Positions 24,799-41,722 of a DNA stretch of 64,000 nucleotides are shown in pieces. Position 1 is the stretch's first letter, and each line of letters starts with the position of its first letter. The DNA is from the human T2T-CHM13v2.0 reference genome, Homo sapiens. A model generated the notes under the pieces. The model made no database searches. It worked only from the letters and a program-made list of their open reading frames with translations, and was not told where the DNA came from. The DNA is taken from the NCBI RefSeq assembly GCF_009914755.1, contig NC_060943.1. One strand, written 5' to 3'. The position numbers and the translations under genes were made by a program.

Positions 24799-25112
24799 GT
24801 TCCACGCAGGCGCGGGGGACGACGGCGGGGGCTACACGGTGGAGGTGAGCATCAATGACTACCTGGACATCTACTGCCCGCACTATGGGGCGCCGCTGCC
24901 GCCGGCCGAGCGCATGGAGCACTACGTGCTGTACATGGTCAACGGCGAGGGCCACGCCTCCTGCGACCACCGCCAGCGCGGCTTCAAGCGCTGGGAGTGC
25001 AACCGGCCCGCGGCGCCCGGGGGGCCGCTCAAGTTCTCGGAGAAGTTCCAGCTCTTCACGCCCTTCTCCCTGGGCTTCGAGTTCCGGCCCGGCCACGAGT
25101 ATTACTACATCT
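24799..25112 (+). CDS. EFNA2: EFNA2 exon 2 (ephrin receptor-binding domain)
   Basis: ccccgcag|G; [29 protein letters not shown]...[27 protein letters not shown]; donor T|gtgagt. Confidence 0.98.
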
Positions 25113-25114
25113 GT

Positions 25115-25325
25115 GAGTGGGGTCGGGCCGGGGCTGCCGGGGCCCGAGTGGGCGGGGACGCGGGGGCGGGGCCAGGAAGTGGGCGGGACCACTGGGGTGG
25201 GGCCGGGGAGTGGGCGGGGCAGCGCAGTGGGCGGGGCCGCGGTGTGGGGCCAGGGGGGAGTGGGCGGGGCCGCGGAATGGGGCCAGGGGGGAGTGGGCGG
25301 GGCCGCGGAGTGGGGCCAGGGCCGG
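25115..25325. repeat. G-rich ~33-bp repeat after EFNA2 exon 2
   Basis: gtgggcggggccgcggNNtggggccagggggga about 3 times, plus degenerate copies. Confidence 0.85.
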
Positions 25326-25649
25326 TGCTGGCCACTGACCCACCCCGGTCACTGACCCCCTCCAGATGTCAAGTGCATGATGGACGTGCCATTCTCCCAA
25401 CCATCCCGGGAGGCCAGGACTTTCCTCGTCCTTCGTTGCATATGGGGAAACTGAGGCTTGGAGGGGGACTGAGGCTGCACTATTGTGATCTCGGGCCTCC
25501 AGCTCAGACCACTTGGTGGTTGGGCCAGTAGACCTGGCTCAGCCCCCCGATAGCGAGACCAGGGTGCCCGAGCCCCAGCACACTGATGAGGGAAACTGAG
25601 GCATCCGGAGCCCAGCAGGGGAGGGGAGCTTGGTGGAAGCCACAGCTAG

Positions 25650-25918
25650 GCTGAGTGCTGGGGCTTACTCCTGCAATCCCAGCACTTTGGGATGCCGAGG
25701 CGGGAGGATCACTTGAGGCCAGCGTGGACAACGTAGGGAGACCTTCTCTCTACAAAAACATAAAAACAATTAGCCAGGTGTGGTGGCATGGGCCTGTGGT
25801 CCCAGCTGTGCAGGGGGCTGAGGTGGGAGGGCTGCTTGGAGTGCATGAGCTCTGGTCGCTCCACTGCACTCCAGCCTGGGTGGCAGAGCGAGACCCTGTC
25901 TTTAAAAGAAGAAAAAAA
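25650..25918 (+). mobile_element. Alu (AluJ-like)
   Basis: Diverged dimeric Alu. Confidence 0.85.
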
Positions 25919-26733
25919 CCCCACAGGGCCCCTGCCGCACCAGCCGCACCCAGACTGGGTAGGGGTCTCCAGGTCCTCCCTGCCCCGCACCCACCCCCGC
26001 ATCTCCCCGGGACCCATGCCAGGCTCGGAGACTCCCTGAGGACCGTGGGGTCTTCATCTGAAGGTTGGGTGGCGGCAGCCTTGGGGATAGTCACATCTGC
26101 AGGACCCCATGGTGGGCCAGGCTGGGTGGGCCAGGCTGAGGGAGGCTGCCAGTCCCTGCTGCTTATCGGAGGTCCGAAGCTGGCCTTTTTGTCCCTACGA
26201 AAGGCCAACGGCAGGTGGGGAACACAGCAGCGCCAGCCGGAGTCCCAGTCCTGCTTGGCCATGATATCTGTGACCTTGGCGGGGGAATGAGGGGCCAGGC
26301 ACTGCCCACCTGAGATGGGGATGATGGCATCACACTCGTGGCTTCCGCCGTGGCGCTGAGACTGAGGGATTCTCGTGGAGTGGGGACCCCGGCTTCTCAG
26401 CATCTCGGGGCCTGAGGGATGGGGAGTCAGGGATCTGGGGTCTGTGCCCCCAGGCTGCAGGGGGGCCAGTGCCTGGACACCCAGCTCCTGCTGTGTGAAA
26501 TTAAACTTTACAAGGCCCCATTGCCTCCTTTCTCTGCTCTAGTTGGATTTTTCCCTTTTAATTCAGGGAAGAAGCGGGTGGGGGACGGGGGAAGGTGTTT
26601 AAATTAAGTCCCCATAATATGAGAAAAATTACATTTTTCTTTCTGAGACGGCAGTTTCATAAAGATAATTATTGTAATTATTCGTCCTACCTCTGTGATG
26701 AATGTTATTTTTATTACATGCTTTTTATCTTCA

Positions 26734-27447
<714 letters not shown>

Positions 27448-27803
27448 TCAATCATTTCACTATTAATATATCACCTCTTTGCTGATTGCTTGAAAACAAA
27501 TACATCATTTTCCGAGCTCACCCTGTGCTGCCCTGGGGTGAGGCAGAGCAGAACAAAAACACAGACACCCCCAGGTTCTGGGGTCAGGATTGGACAGAAG
27601 GAGGAGCAGGGGGAATGTGCAGGAGACTGCTGGGAAACAGGGGGCATTGTGTCTGGGGCTTTGATGTACGATTAGGAGTTTTAAGGGTGGCTCTCCACCT
27701 GGGGTCAGGGTTGATTCACCAAGGTGGGGAAGGGAGTACAGCCCCAGGAGGTCTCAGGCACCAAGAGGCACTTCCCCACTCATCCCCATCCCCTCTCTTC
27801 TAG

Positions 27804-27869
27804 CTGCCACGCCTCCCAATGCTGTGGACCGGCCCTGCCTGCGACTGAAGGTGTACGTGCGGCCGACCA
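27804..27869 (+). CDS. EFNA2: EFNA2 exon 3
   Basis: ctctcttctag|CT; SATPPNAVDRPCLRLKVYVRPT; donor A|gtaagt. Confidence 0.97.
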
Positions 27870-27920
27870 GTAAGTGCTCAGGGGGATGGGCAGGATCCAG
27901 GCCCCCACCCCTGTGTCCTA

Positions 27921-29198
<1,278 letters not shown>

Positions 29199-29492
29199 TC
29201 CCAGCCCCGCAGGACGCCGACCCTGCCTGGACGGCCCCGCCTGGACCGCCTGACCTCGGCCCTCCGGACCCGGCTGCGGCCCCCGCCTCCGAGACCAAAT
29301 AGAGACGCTGCTTCTCCCTCGCCTGGTGCCGCCCCCGCCGGGCAGGGGCCATCCACCCGCCCCAGGACCAGCCCTCAGGGAGGGGAAACGGCCGAGAGCC
29401 CCCCCCCGGAGGCCCGAGGGGCCGGGGTGTGGATGCGGACCGTGGCCAGGCCATCTCCTCTGGGGCGTCGGAGAACCCGGGAACCTCTTGGC

Positions 29493-29494
<2 letters not shown>

Positions 29495-29531
<37 letters not shown>
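29495..29531. repeat. T37 homopolymer in EFNA2 3' UTR
   Basis: Direct count. Confidence 0.95.
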
Positions 29532-29533
<2 letters not shown>

Positions 29534-29654
29534 TGTATTTTTCGTGGTTGGATCAAAAAGACTTGAGTTTTTAATTTAATTTATTCCCTGCCGTTGTAGC
29601 GGGGCGGGGTCCCTGTGCCCTGGCCTGGGGGAGGGGAACGCGGAACATGGGGTC

Positions 29655-29833
29655 GGGAACACAGCCGCTCCCCTCTGCTCTGCACCCCACTCGTGGGGGA
29701 ACACAGCCGCTCCCCTCTGCTCTGCACCCCACTCGTGGGGGAACACAGCCGCTCCCCTCTGCTCTGCACCCCACTCGTGGGGGAACACAGCCGCTCCCCT
29801 CTGCTCTGCACCCCACTCGTGGGGGAACACAGC
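29655..29833. repeat. 42-bp VNTR, ~4.3 perfect copies, in EFNA2 3' UTR
   Basis: gggaacacagccgctcccctctgctctgcaccccactcgtgg. The ORF track shows 14-aa periodicity here. Confidence 0.97.
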
Positions 29834-30661
29834 TGCAGCCCACCGCGGACCCCCCTGGTGCTCCAGGTTGGGTGAGTCTGAGCCGGAAGGGGTACGTGGT
29901 GGGCGCCCCTCATTGTGGCTGGGGAGACCTCATACCCCATCGCCCACCCCCGTCCTCCTGGTCATTTCCTCCCAGACACTGTTTTGCCCCAGCGCCCTTC
30001 GGAATCACAGTCCCGCCGTGTCTTAGAAACTGCTTTGGCCGATGCAAACAGCCCCCTACCCGTCCCCCTCGCCTCACACGGTCCCTCTCCGAGGCCGAGA
30101 AGACCTTCTGTTCCTGTAAATACAGCCAGCAAGTGCAAACTGTGATTTTATTTTCCACGTATTCCTGAGGACGGACTGGACCGTCTATGTTTTTTCAGCC
30201 CTTCATAGGGGGTCTTTTATTTTGGTGGGGGGGTGGGGTGGACTTTTAGAGTAGAAGCTGCACTTGGCAATAAGCTCGTGTCGTCTGTCAGAGCCCCTCT
30301 CTCAACTCTGTGACCTGATAATGTTTCTAAGAAAAAGAAAAAAAGGACAAAAGGGAGGGAACCACTACCAAAAAAAAAAAAGAAACTCCTCCCCGAAGAC
30401 ACTTTAATGAAGGAAACAACACATTTATACGGATTTCATATTTCTACCCGCCTTTCCTGACTCTGTGTTTTATATATATTATATATAAATATATATTGTG
30501 TACGGCCGCCGGCCGGCGGCTCGAGGCACGCCCGGTGGTGGGGGGTGGGCAGAGGGCTTTTGTAGGGGGTCGGCGGGGCGGGCCGCGTTGCCAGGCCTGG
30601 AGCTGGCGACCGGGCCTCCCTCTTCCCGTCACAATCAACTTTGGATTCTGTATTTTTTTAT

Positions 30662-30667
30662 AATAAA
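30662..30667 (+). terminator. EFNA2: EFNA2 poly(A) signal AATAAA
   Basis: Preceded by tgta and a U tract, followed by GU-rich sequence (gcgtgtgtctgtatgtg). Confidence 0.88.
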
Positions 30668-30683
30668 ATGAGCATAAACCTCA

Positions 30684-31269
<586 letters not shown>

Positions 31270-32259
31270 CTACTGGGGAGAGGGGTGCGGCTTCGAGGAA
31301 CCTCTGGGGATCCCCAGAGCTGTGAACCTGACTGATTCTTTGGTTCTGTGCATCGTTTTGGGGTCAGACCTTGGGATGAGCATTTTATAGGGCCCGTATC
31401 CTTCATAGCCATCCATGGGCTTCAGTTTCCCTCTCTGGGAAGTAGCAACAGCCCACCTAGGGCTGGGAGGGGGCAGCTGGGAGGATGGAGGGAGGAGACG
31501 GGGCCTGTGCATGGCTGGCCCTGGGGACACCGCTGGCCGGCACACACCTGAACATGGTGGAATTCCTGGGCCTCAGGATCCAATCAAATGTTGTGAAATC
31601 TCCACTGGCAAGCTCTGCCTCTGTGTAACTCAGTTTCCCCACCTGCTCCAGGCCAGGGCAGGGGCTCTGTCATCTCCTAACCTCTTCCCCTTGCAAACGG
31701 CACATCTGTAAGTTCTCGGGTCCCAGGGGCCTTCATGCCAGGCACGCCCCGATTGAAGAAACTGAGGCACAGAGAGGCTGGGGGTGACGCGGCAGGTGAC
31801 CCGGCCCAGGGGACTGAGGTCTTTACGGCTGGACGATGGTCGCCTGCATCCCACCCGCCGTGACGACGGCGTCTCCGGCACAATTAGCCGAGCGGGAACG
31901 CTCCCAGCTAATTAATTCAGCTGCGCTGGGCCCGGTGACGGGGGCCGCCTCCTAATGAGGCAGCCCAGGCACAAAGACCCCTGTGTGTGCCCCGCCCCGC
32001 CCCTGCCCAGCGCGGGGTGGACGCACGGAGGCACAGAGGGCCGGCCGGCCACCGTGCTGAGCACCGCGGGGGAGGCTCCACCATGCCCCACTCCACAGAG
32101 GACCCCGAGGCTCAGAGAGGGAGGCGACCCCCACAGCCCATTCATGCCGAGACCCCCACCCCAAACTGCAACGTGACCACTGGGACAGAGAGGACCAAGG
32201 ACAGAATGAGATCAGGGATCATGAGAGGCATCCCAGTGCTGACTGTGATGCTGTTACAA

Positions 32260-32700
32260 AAACACAATAGTGTCCTTCCCTCCATTTTAAGTACAATTGC
32301 ATGGATTTTAGTGCATTGAGACTTGTGCAGCCATCAGCTCTGATTCCAGAACATTCCATCACCCCAAAAGGAAGCCTTGTCCCCATCAGCCGTCACTCCT
32401 TATCCCCTCCCCTGGCACCAACGTATCCCCTCCTTCCCTGTCTCTGTGGATGGGCCTGTCCTGGACGTTTCATGGAAATGGGTCACACACTGTGTGGCCT
32501 TGCGTGTCTGGCATCTCTCACTGAGTGTGACGTCCTCAAGGTGCATCTGCGCTGTGGCCTGGGTCAGAGCCTCGCTCCTTTTCACAGCTGAGCACGTTCC
32601 GGTGCGTGGAAGGACCACGCTGTGTTTATCCAATCATCTATCCAGGGGCACTTGGGTACTTTCCACCTTTTAGCTATTATGACAATTGTTAAAAATACAA
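32260..32700 (-). mobile_element. Old L1 (L1M-type) 3'-end fragment, GC-shifted
   Basis: ccattttaagtacaatt...gaacattccatcaccccaaaaggaa...ctggacgtttcatggaaatgg...ttccaccttttagctattatga resembles L1MB/MC 3' UTR motifs. Confidence 0.75.
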
Positions 32701-33477
32701 TTTATTATTATTATTGTTTTTTGTAGAGATGGGGTCTTGCTATATTTCCTGGCTGGTCTCGAACTCCTGGGCTCAAGTGATCCTCCCGCCCTGGCCTCCC
32801 AGAGTGCTGGGGGTGCCAGGCATGGTAGCTCACCCCTGTAATCTCACCATTTTCAGAGATTGTCTCTAAAAAACAAAGAACAAAAACTCACAAGCCAAAC
32901 TTCTTGTGATTACAGAAGTGAGCCACCACGCCCAGCCAAGATGCTGTTTTTAGATTTATTATTTAACTCTGTATTATTTATTAGAGACGGGGTCTCACTC
33001 TGTCGCCCAGGCTGGAGTGCAGTGGTGCGATCACGGCTCACTGAAACCTCTGGCTCCTGGGCTCAAGCGATTTGCCTCCCGCAGCCTCTGAGTAGCTGGC
33101 ACTACGGGCATATTGTGACAATCTTATTATTTTTGAGACAAAGTTTCAATGCAAAAGGTGACTTTGCTTTTTCGTTTTTGTTTTTGTGTTTTTTTGAGAC
33201 TGAGTCTCTCTGTCACCCAGGCTGGAGTGTAATGGCACGAACCCGGCTCACTGCAGCCTCCGCCTCCCACGTTCAAGCAATTCTCCTGCCTCAGATTCCC
33301 GAGAAGCTGGGATTACAGGTGTGTGCCAACTCGCCCAGCTAATTTTTGTATTTTTAGTAGAGATGGGGTTTCACCATATTGGCCAGGCTGGTCTCAAATT
33401 CCTGACCTGAAGTAATCCACCTGCCTTGGCCTCCGAAAGTGCTGAGAATACAGACGTGAGCCACTGCGCCCAGCCTA
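32701..33477 (-). mobile_element. Alu fragments / cluster (mostly reverse orientation)
   Basis: Alu consensus motifs. Confidence 0.88.
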
Positions 33478-34487
33478 AAAGGTGACTTTGGGTAAATACA
33501 CAAAGAATGGCTGAGCTCCTGCCTCTGGGCCTTTGCATGCACTGTCCCCCCAGCCCACCCCACTGCCCCGATGAACCTCTCTTGCAGATTGCAGCCAGGC
33601 TCCCCCACTCAGCCCCTTCCAACTCAGCTCAGATGTCACCTGAGCTCCTGGCCAGGAGGCTGTGGGTGCCCTTTGTGACTGTTTACTTACCTGACTCCTC
33701 CCCAGGCTGCAGCCGCTAAGGGCAGGGCTGGGTCTGTCCTGGTTATCGCCGGGACCAGTGCTGGGCCCAGAGCAGGGAATCTCCTGGGACCGTGTCATTG
33801 GCCACACGCAGACACGTGTACACACACACACGCGTAGCCCTGCGCTTGCACCTCCATGCCTGTGTACCCCTGTGTCGCCAGACACATGTGTTTTGGGCCC
33901 GAGCCTCTCAGGAACTGACCTCCACTCCCGCGCCAGACCCTGACCAGACCCTGGTGCCTGTCCCAGTGGCTGCATCAACGTGTCGAGTGGCCACTCACTC
34001 CAGGGGCTGTGCTGGGATGTCCCCGCCGGGTGTGGGCGCTCCTTGGGGAACCTGGTTACCCCCGACCCCAGCCCCAGTGAGACCCCAATGCCGGCTCCTG
34101 CCAGCCCTGGACGGCCATTGGTACGCTGGTCCCGCGCAGAGTCTTTTCCGCCCAGAGGATCCTGAGGGAAGTCATCTCCCTCCTGCCGGCCAGTTACTGC
34201 CGCCTCGGTGCCCGCCGCGGGCAGGGGGCAGCGGGAGGCTGCTAGGGGAAAGGAGGCCTGAGGCGCCCAAAACTCTTGAGTGCGGCTTGGGGTGGAACGT
34301 GCCGCCCCCCACAGCCCCGGTGGCCCAGGGCAGGGCTCTGCATCCCCCCAGACCTCACCACTGAGCCTCAGTGTGCCTGTCTACATCTGTGTTTGAGGAG
34401 AAAACCCCTTGGTCCCCACCCTCTGGTCCAAACAGCCATGATGGAGGGGGGCTCACTTTTTTTTTGCTTTTTAGAAATGGTGTCTCA

Positions 34488-35030
<543 letters not shown>

Positions 35031-35302
35031 GGATCCAACAGCCACATGGCAGTAATGAGAGGCTCCAGAAAAGAAAAGAAAACAAAACAAAACAAAAATA
35101 AGAAAAACAAACAAAATAAGGAGAAGAAAAAAAAAAGAAGCCCCCCCCCCCACCATCCCCAGAGGCCACAGCACTCTGTCCTCTGGTCCCCCAACCCAGC
35201 CCTGACACCTGCTTCTTCCCCAGGGCACCTCTCACTCACGGGTGTTCCCTCTTTGCCCTGGCTGGCACACCCTTCCCGAGTCTCCTCTGGGCTCTCCCCA
35301 CC

Positions 35303-36673
<1,371 letters not shown>

Positions 36674-37050
36674 ATCTCCACCTGCTTGAAGGTCTTGCCG
36701 TCGTAGACGCCCACCGTGCTACCCACCATCGCGGGCAGGAGAAGCACGTCCCGCGGGTGCGTCTTCACCACTTCCGGCTTCTCCGTGGGCGGCGCCCCCT
36801 TCTTGGCCTTGCGCAGGCGCTTGAGCAGCGAGCGCTGCTTCCGCCACAGGCCCGGGTTCAGCCGCCACAGGCCCGGGTTCAGCCGCCACAGGCCCGGGTT
36901 CAGCCGCCGCCGGCGCGCGCTGTTCAGCTGCATCCGCTGCTCCGAGGACATGTCCAGTAGCTGGTCCAGGTCCACGCCGCGCTGGGTGAAGTTGCGGAAG
37001 GTCTGTTTCTTCTGCTGCTGTACCTCTGCCGTCTTGCTGCATCCTCAGAA
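36674..37050 (-). pseudogene. Processed RPS15 (uS19) pseudogene, 3'-truncated
   Basis: Translates (T)[28 protein letters not shown]...[35 protein letters not shown]. Intronless, has a 5' UTR remnant ttctgaggatgcagcaag, and the start ATG is changed to ACG at 37032. Confidence 0.95.
36841..36908. repeat. 21-bp triplication inside the RPS15 pseudogene
   Basis: ccgccacaggcccgggttcag x3 (LNPGLWR x3 on the - strand). Confidence 0.95.
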
Positions 37051-37069
37051 TAGCTCTCCAGGCCCTTCT

Positions 37070-37354
<285 letters not shown>

Positions 37355-38196
37355 AAGCTCTGGGTCCTTCTGCACGGTCGCCTGGTGGAGCAGAAACCAC
37401 CGCCAGCGGCTCCCCGTCTATTTGTCTGTGCACATTCCTGGGCTCAGACGGTGGCTTCCGAGGCCGGAACTTCGGAGTCACCTGCTCCGCACTTGAGTCT
37501 GGAACGTCTCAGACCGGACCCCTCCCTTTACAGCCTGAGAGAGGGAGAGACCCTGCCCAGGCCTCCCAGGGGCCTGCCCACCCGACAGCTCCTGACTCCC
37601 CCACCCTCATTGGTCCAGAAATGGAAGGCTTCGGCCCAGGAGCGATCAATGCACCCTAATTGGACATGTGTCGGGGGGGGGGGGAGGGGCGCTGAGTCGC
37701 AGGAGACACCCTTCCCTGTGCAGAGGGGGAAACTGAGGCCACTCCCAGGCCCCATGGGTCACTGGCCCGAAGCAGTGTGAGCCCTGCCGGGTCAGGGGTT
37801 GCATCTGGAGCAGCCCAGGGAGAATGAGGCTGGGGACCCTTCATTCCGGGGGTCATTAGGGACACCCCACCAGGCTGTGTGTGCCCAGGGTGGTCTCTTC
37901 CCCAGCTCCGACTGCCCCGCCGGGTTTTGGGGCTTACGGTTCTGTCCTGGGCTCAAGTCCTGGCTCCCACCAGGCACTGTGGGGCATCCCCTCTGGGTCT
38001 GGGGTCCACAGTGCCTGTCTCCAGGCGTGAGAGAAGCTTCTAGAGACAATCTGTGAGCATCTTTCCCATCCCTGCCTCTCCCCAGCTCAAGCTCCGAAGG
38101 GAACGTGGATGGCAGGAGAGAGGAGGGAGGCGTGGGGCGAGTTATCTCTCACTGGCTTTCTCCGCCCCCACCTGGCCTCCCCTGGGGCTTCTGTGA

Positions 38197-38640
<444 letters not shown>

Positions 38641-41318
38641 AGACCCACTTTGTAGATAAGGAAGATGAGGTCAGAGAAGGGGAGTGCCCAGGCCCTGGGC
38701 CCCACAGCCGGGACCCCTTTAGGGTCCAGTGGATGGCGAAGGGGAGGCGGCCTGACCACTACCGACTCCAGCCAGTCGCCCCAGCCTCCAGGGAGAGCAG
38801 CACAGGTGCCCAGAGAAGCGACGAATCTGGATATTTCTTCCCCACATGAGGAGGAGCTGGGGGCACCTGAGTGGGTGGTCTCGGTGCTGGGCGGTCCTCA
38901 TGGCCCCCTAAGCGTCGAAAACCAGAGCTTGTTATGATCTTGTGATGGGAAGGGGGCCCGCCTCTCGCAGGGACCGCTGTCGGCCCCCTCTGCCCGCCCA
39001 CCAGGCGCTAGAGTTATGGTTTGCAATATCCCATGCCCCTCCCAGCCTGAGCATTAATGACGGTGGTATCCGAGTCCCCGAGCACCCGGGGCTGTTATTA
39101 ACATCGTCCATCACGCTTGTGGCTGCGGCTCTAGAAGCTCTTTGGCTAGGAGGGGAAACTGAGGCACCGAGAGGTTCGCCTTGACCCCTGCGTGAGGGCA
39201 CAGCTGCAGACATCGGATAAGCCCAGGTTCCAGTGCCCTCTCCACCACCCGCTGTGGGTGAGGCCCCTGTTCTCTGAGCCTCAGTTTGCTCATCTGGAAA
39301 ACAGGCTAGTGACACAGGGTGGGGTCTCAGATCCTGGGGGCTCTTGATGAGCAGAATCGCCAGGCCCATGGAGGCAGGCCCTTTGTTGCCTGATCTCCCC
39401 GCCTTCCCTGTGATCCCATTGTCTGGCACAATGCCAGCAAGCCCTCCTCGGATGTTTGTTGAATGACTGAATGAGCGTGTTGTGTGTGGACTCTGAGTCA
39501 AGTGCTCTTTCTTGCCAACTGGGAAAGACTGGAGGCAAAGGGCTCATTCTCCATCATTCACTCCTCCAGGAAGGCCTAGGGGGCAGGGGTGGTGGTGGGG
39601 AACGGCCTCTCGCAGGTGAGGGGGGCAGCGGGGGAACCGCGGGAGTCAGCCGTGCTGGCTGGCAGATCTTTAAATTAAAATGCATATATACACCAGATAA
39701 ATAAACTCGGCCCACATCCTGGTGACAGGCAGAATTAAGTTGCCCAGTTGGGGACCGGGCAGCGAAGGCTGGGGGTGGAAGGGGATGGGGCCGAATTACC
39801 AAGGGCGGCGACTCAGCTCCATCCTCTGCCACATTGTATCCCATGAACGTTCCTGAGACCCCTGTCCTGCCGGGTCTCTGGGAAGCGCTGAGGGGGTCAG
39901 GGAGTAAGGACCCAAATTCTGAGCCCCAAGTTGGGCACCCAGGATCTGGCCCGGCTTAGAGAGAGACCAGCTGCCCACGGGGTGCCCTGGGTGAGTCAGT
40001 GTCTTCGTCTGAAACAGGGAGACCATGGCCCCCCGTCCCAGCACAGAGGCTGCCCTTGGCAGTGGGCATGGGGCGGACCTGGTTCAAGTCCCGGCTGAGC
40101 ACTCAAGGGCTGGGAGCAGCCTCCGTCGGGTCAGGTACCAGGGAGACCCCGTTCTAGCTCCCAGGGAGGCCCCCGTGGGGCCCGCACAGCTGCAGGGTCC
40201 TCCCTGGGCCCTTCCCTCTGACCCAAGCCCAGGGGAGAGGGGCGGAGGGGGCGGCGGGCAGTTTTCAATTACGGAGCAGCTAATCTCCCAGTGAGGGCCG
40301 TTCTGGGGCCCAGTAAATCTATTATGAAAAGCCTCTAAATGTATGTAAAACCGGCCTCCGACAATCCGGGGATTAGGCCGCCGGGAGGGGAAACCGAGGC
40401 GCAGGCCGCCTGGCGGATTAGCGCAGCGGGGCCCCTGGAGGGTTGGGGGGAGCAGTCCCCAGAGGTCCAGGGCAGAGGGAGAGGGGTCCTCTGAAGAAGC
40501 CAGCACCCATTTTATAGCTGGGGAAACTGAGGCCGGGGAAGGGCCCCCCCCCCCCACCAGGGGTCCCCTCTCAGCGTCAAGGGCACTTTTGCCAGCCGCT
40601 CCTGCCTTTGTCGCAAACCCAGGGGTATTTTCCCACAAGGTGGACTCGGTGGGTTTGAAAGATGGGGAGCTGGGGACCCCTGGACCCGGCTTAAGGCTCC
40701 GTGGCCCGGCCCGCATCTCCTGCCGCCGTCGCAGGCCCTTTGAAGCTGCCCCATCCTTTGGTGCTTTTGAAATGTCTTTATTAATCACCTACCGTTTGCC
40801 AAGCCAGAGGTGGCAAAGGTAACAGGAGACGGGAGCCCAGTGCCCTGGCAGCTCAGGGCACTCGCCAAAGACGAAGGCAGCCGGGAGAGGCCTTCCCCAA
40901 GGACTCCCGCTTCCGCTGGGAGGTGGGGAGGAGGAGGTCACCCCACAGAAGTGCGGTGAGGCCACTGCAGGCGCGAGGGAAGGCCTGGTGGCCGAAGGGA
41001 GGCGTGAGCTGAGAAGCCCCGTGCCTGGGCTGCTCCTGAGGGTGGCAGGGAGCCCTCGGAGGGCTTGAACCTAAGTGGCCCCTGCAGCATCCATGGCGGG
41101 ACCGTGGACCTCCAAGCCCGCCTCCCTCGGAAGCACAGCTTCCTCAGCGTGGCCCCACACTCTCCCAGGCTCACCCAGCCCCCTCGCATAGGGCCTGCTC
41201 ACCCTCCTGCCTGTGGGGCCCTTGGTCCAGCAGTTTCCTCTCCTGCACACTGTCCCCACCTGCTGAAGTCCGTCCAGGAGCCCAGGTGCATGATGGGAGG
41301 GGGTGATGCCCCTCCTCA

Positions 41319-41722
<404 letters not shown>

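Noticed and set aside
29655-29833. CRISPR-like appearance of hairpin-containing repeats
   Set aside because: Units are contiguous and identical with no unique spacers, there are no cas genes, and the DNA is human; it is a VNTR.
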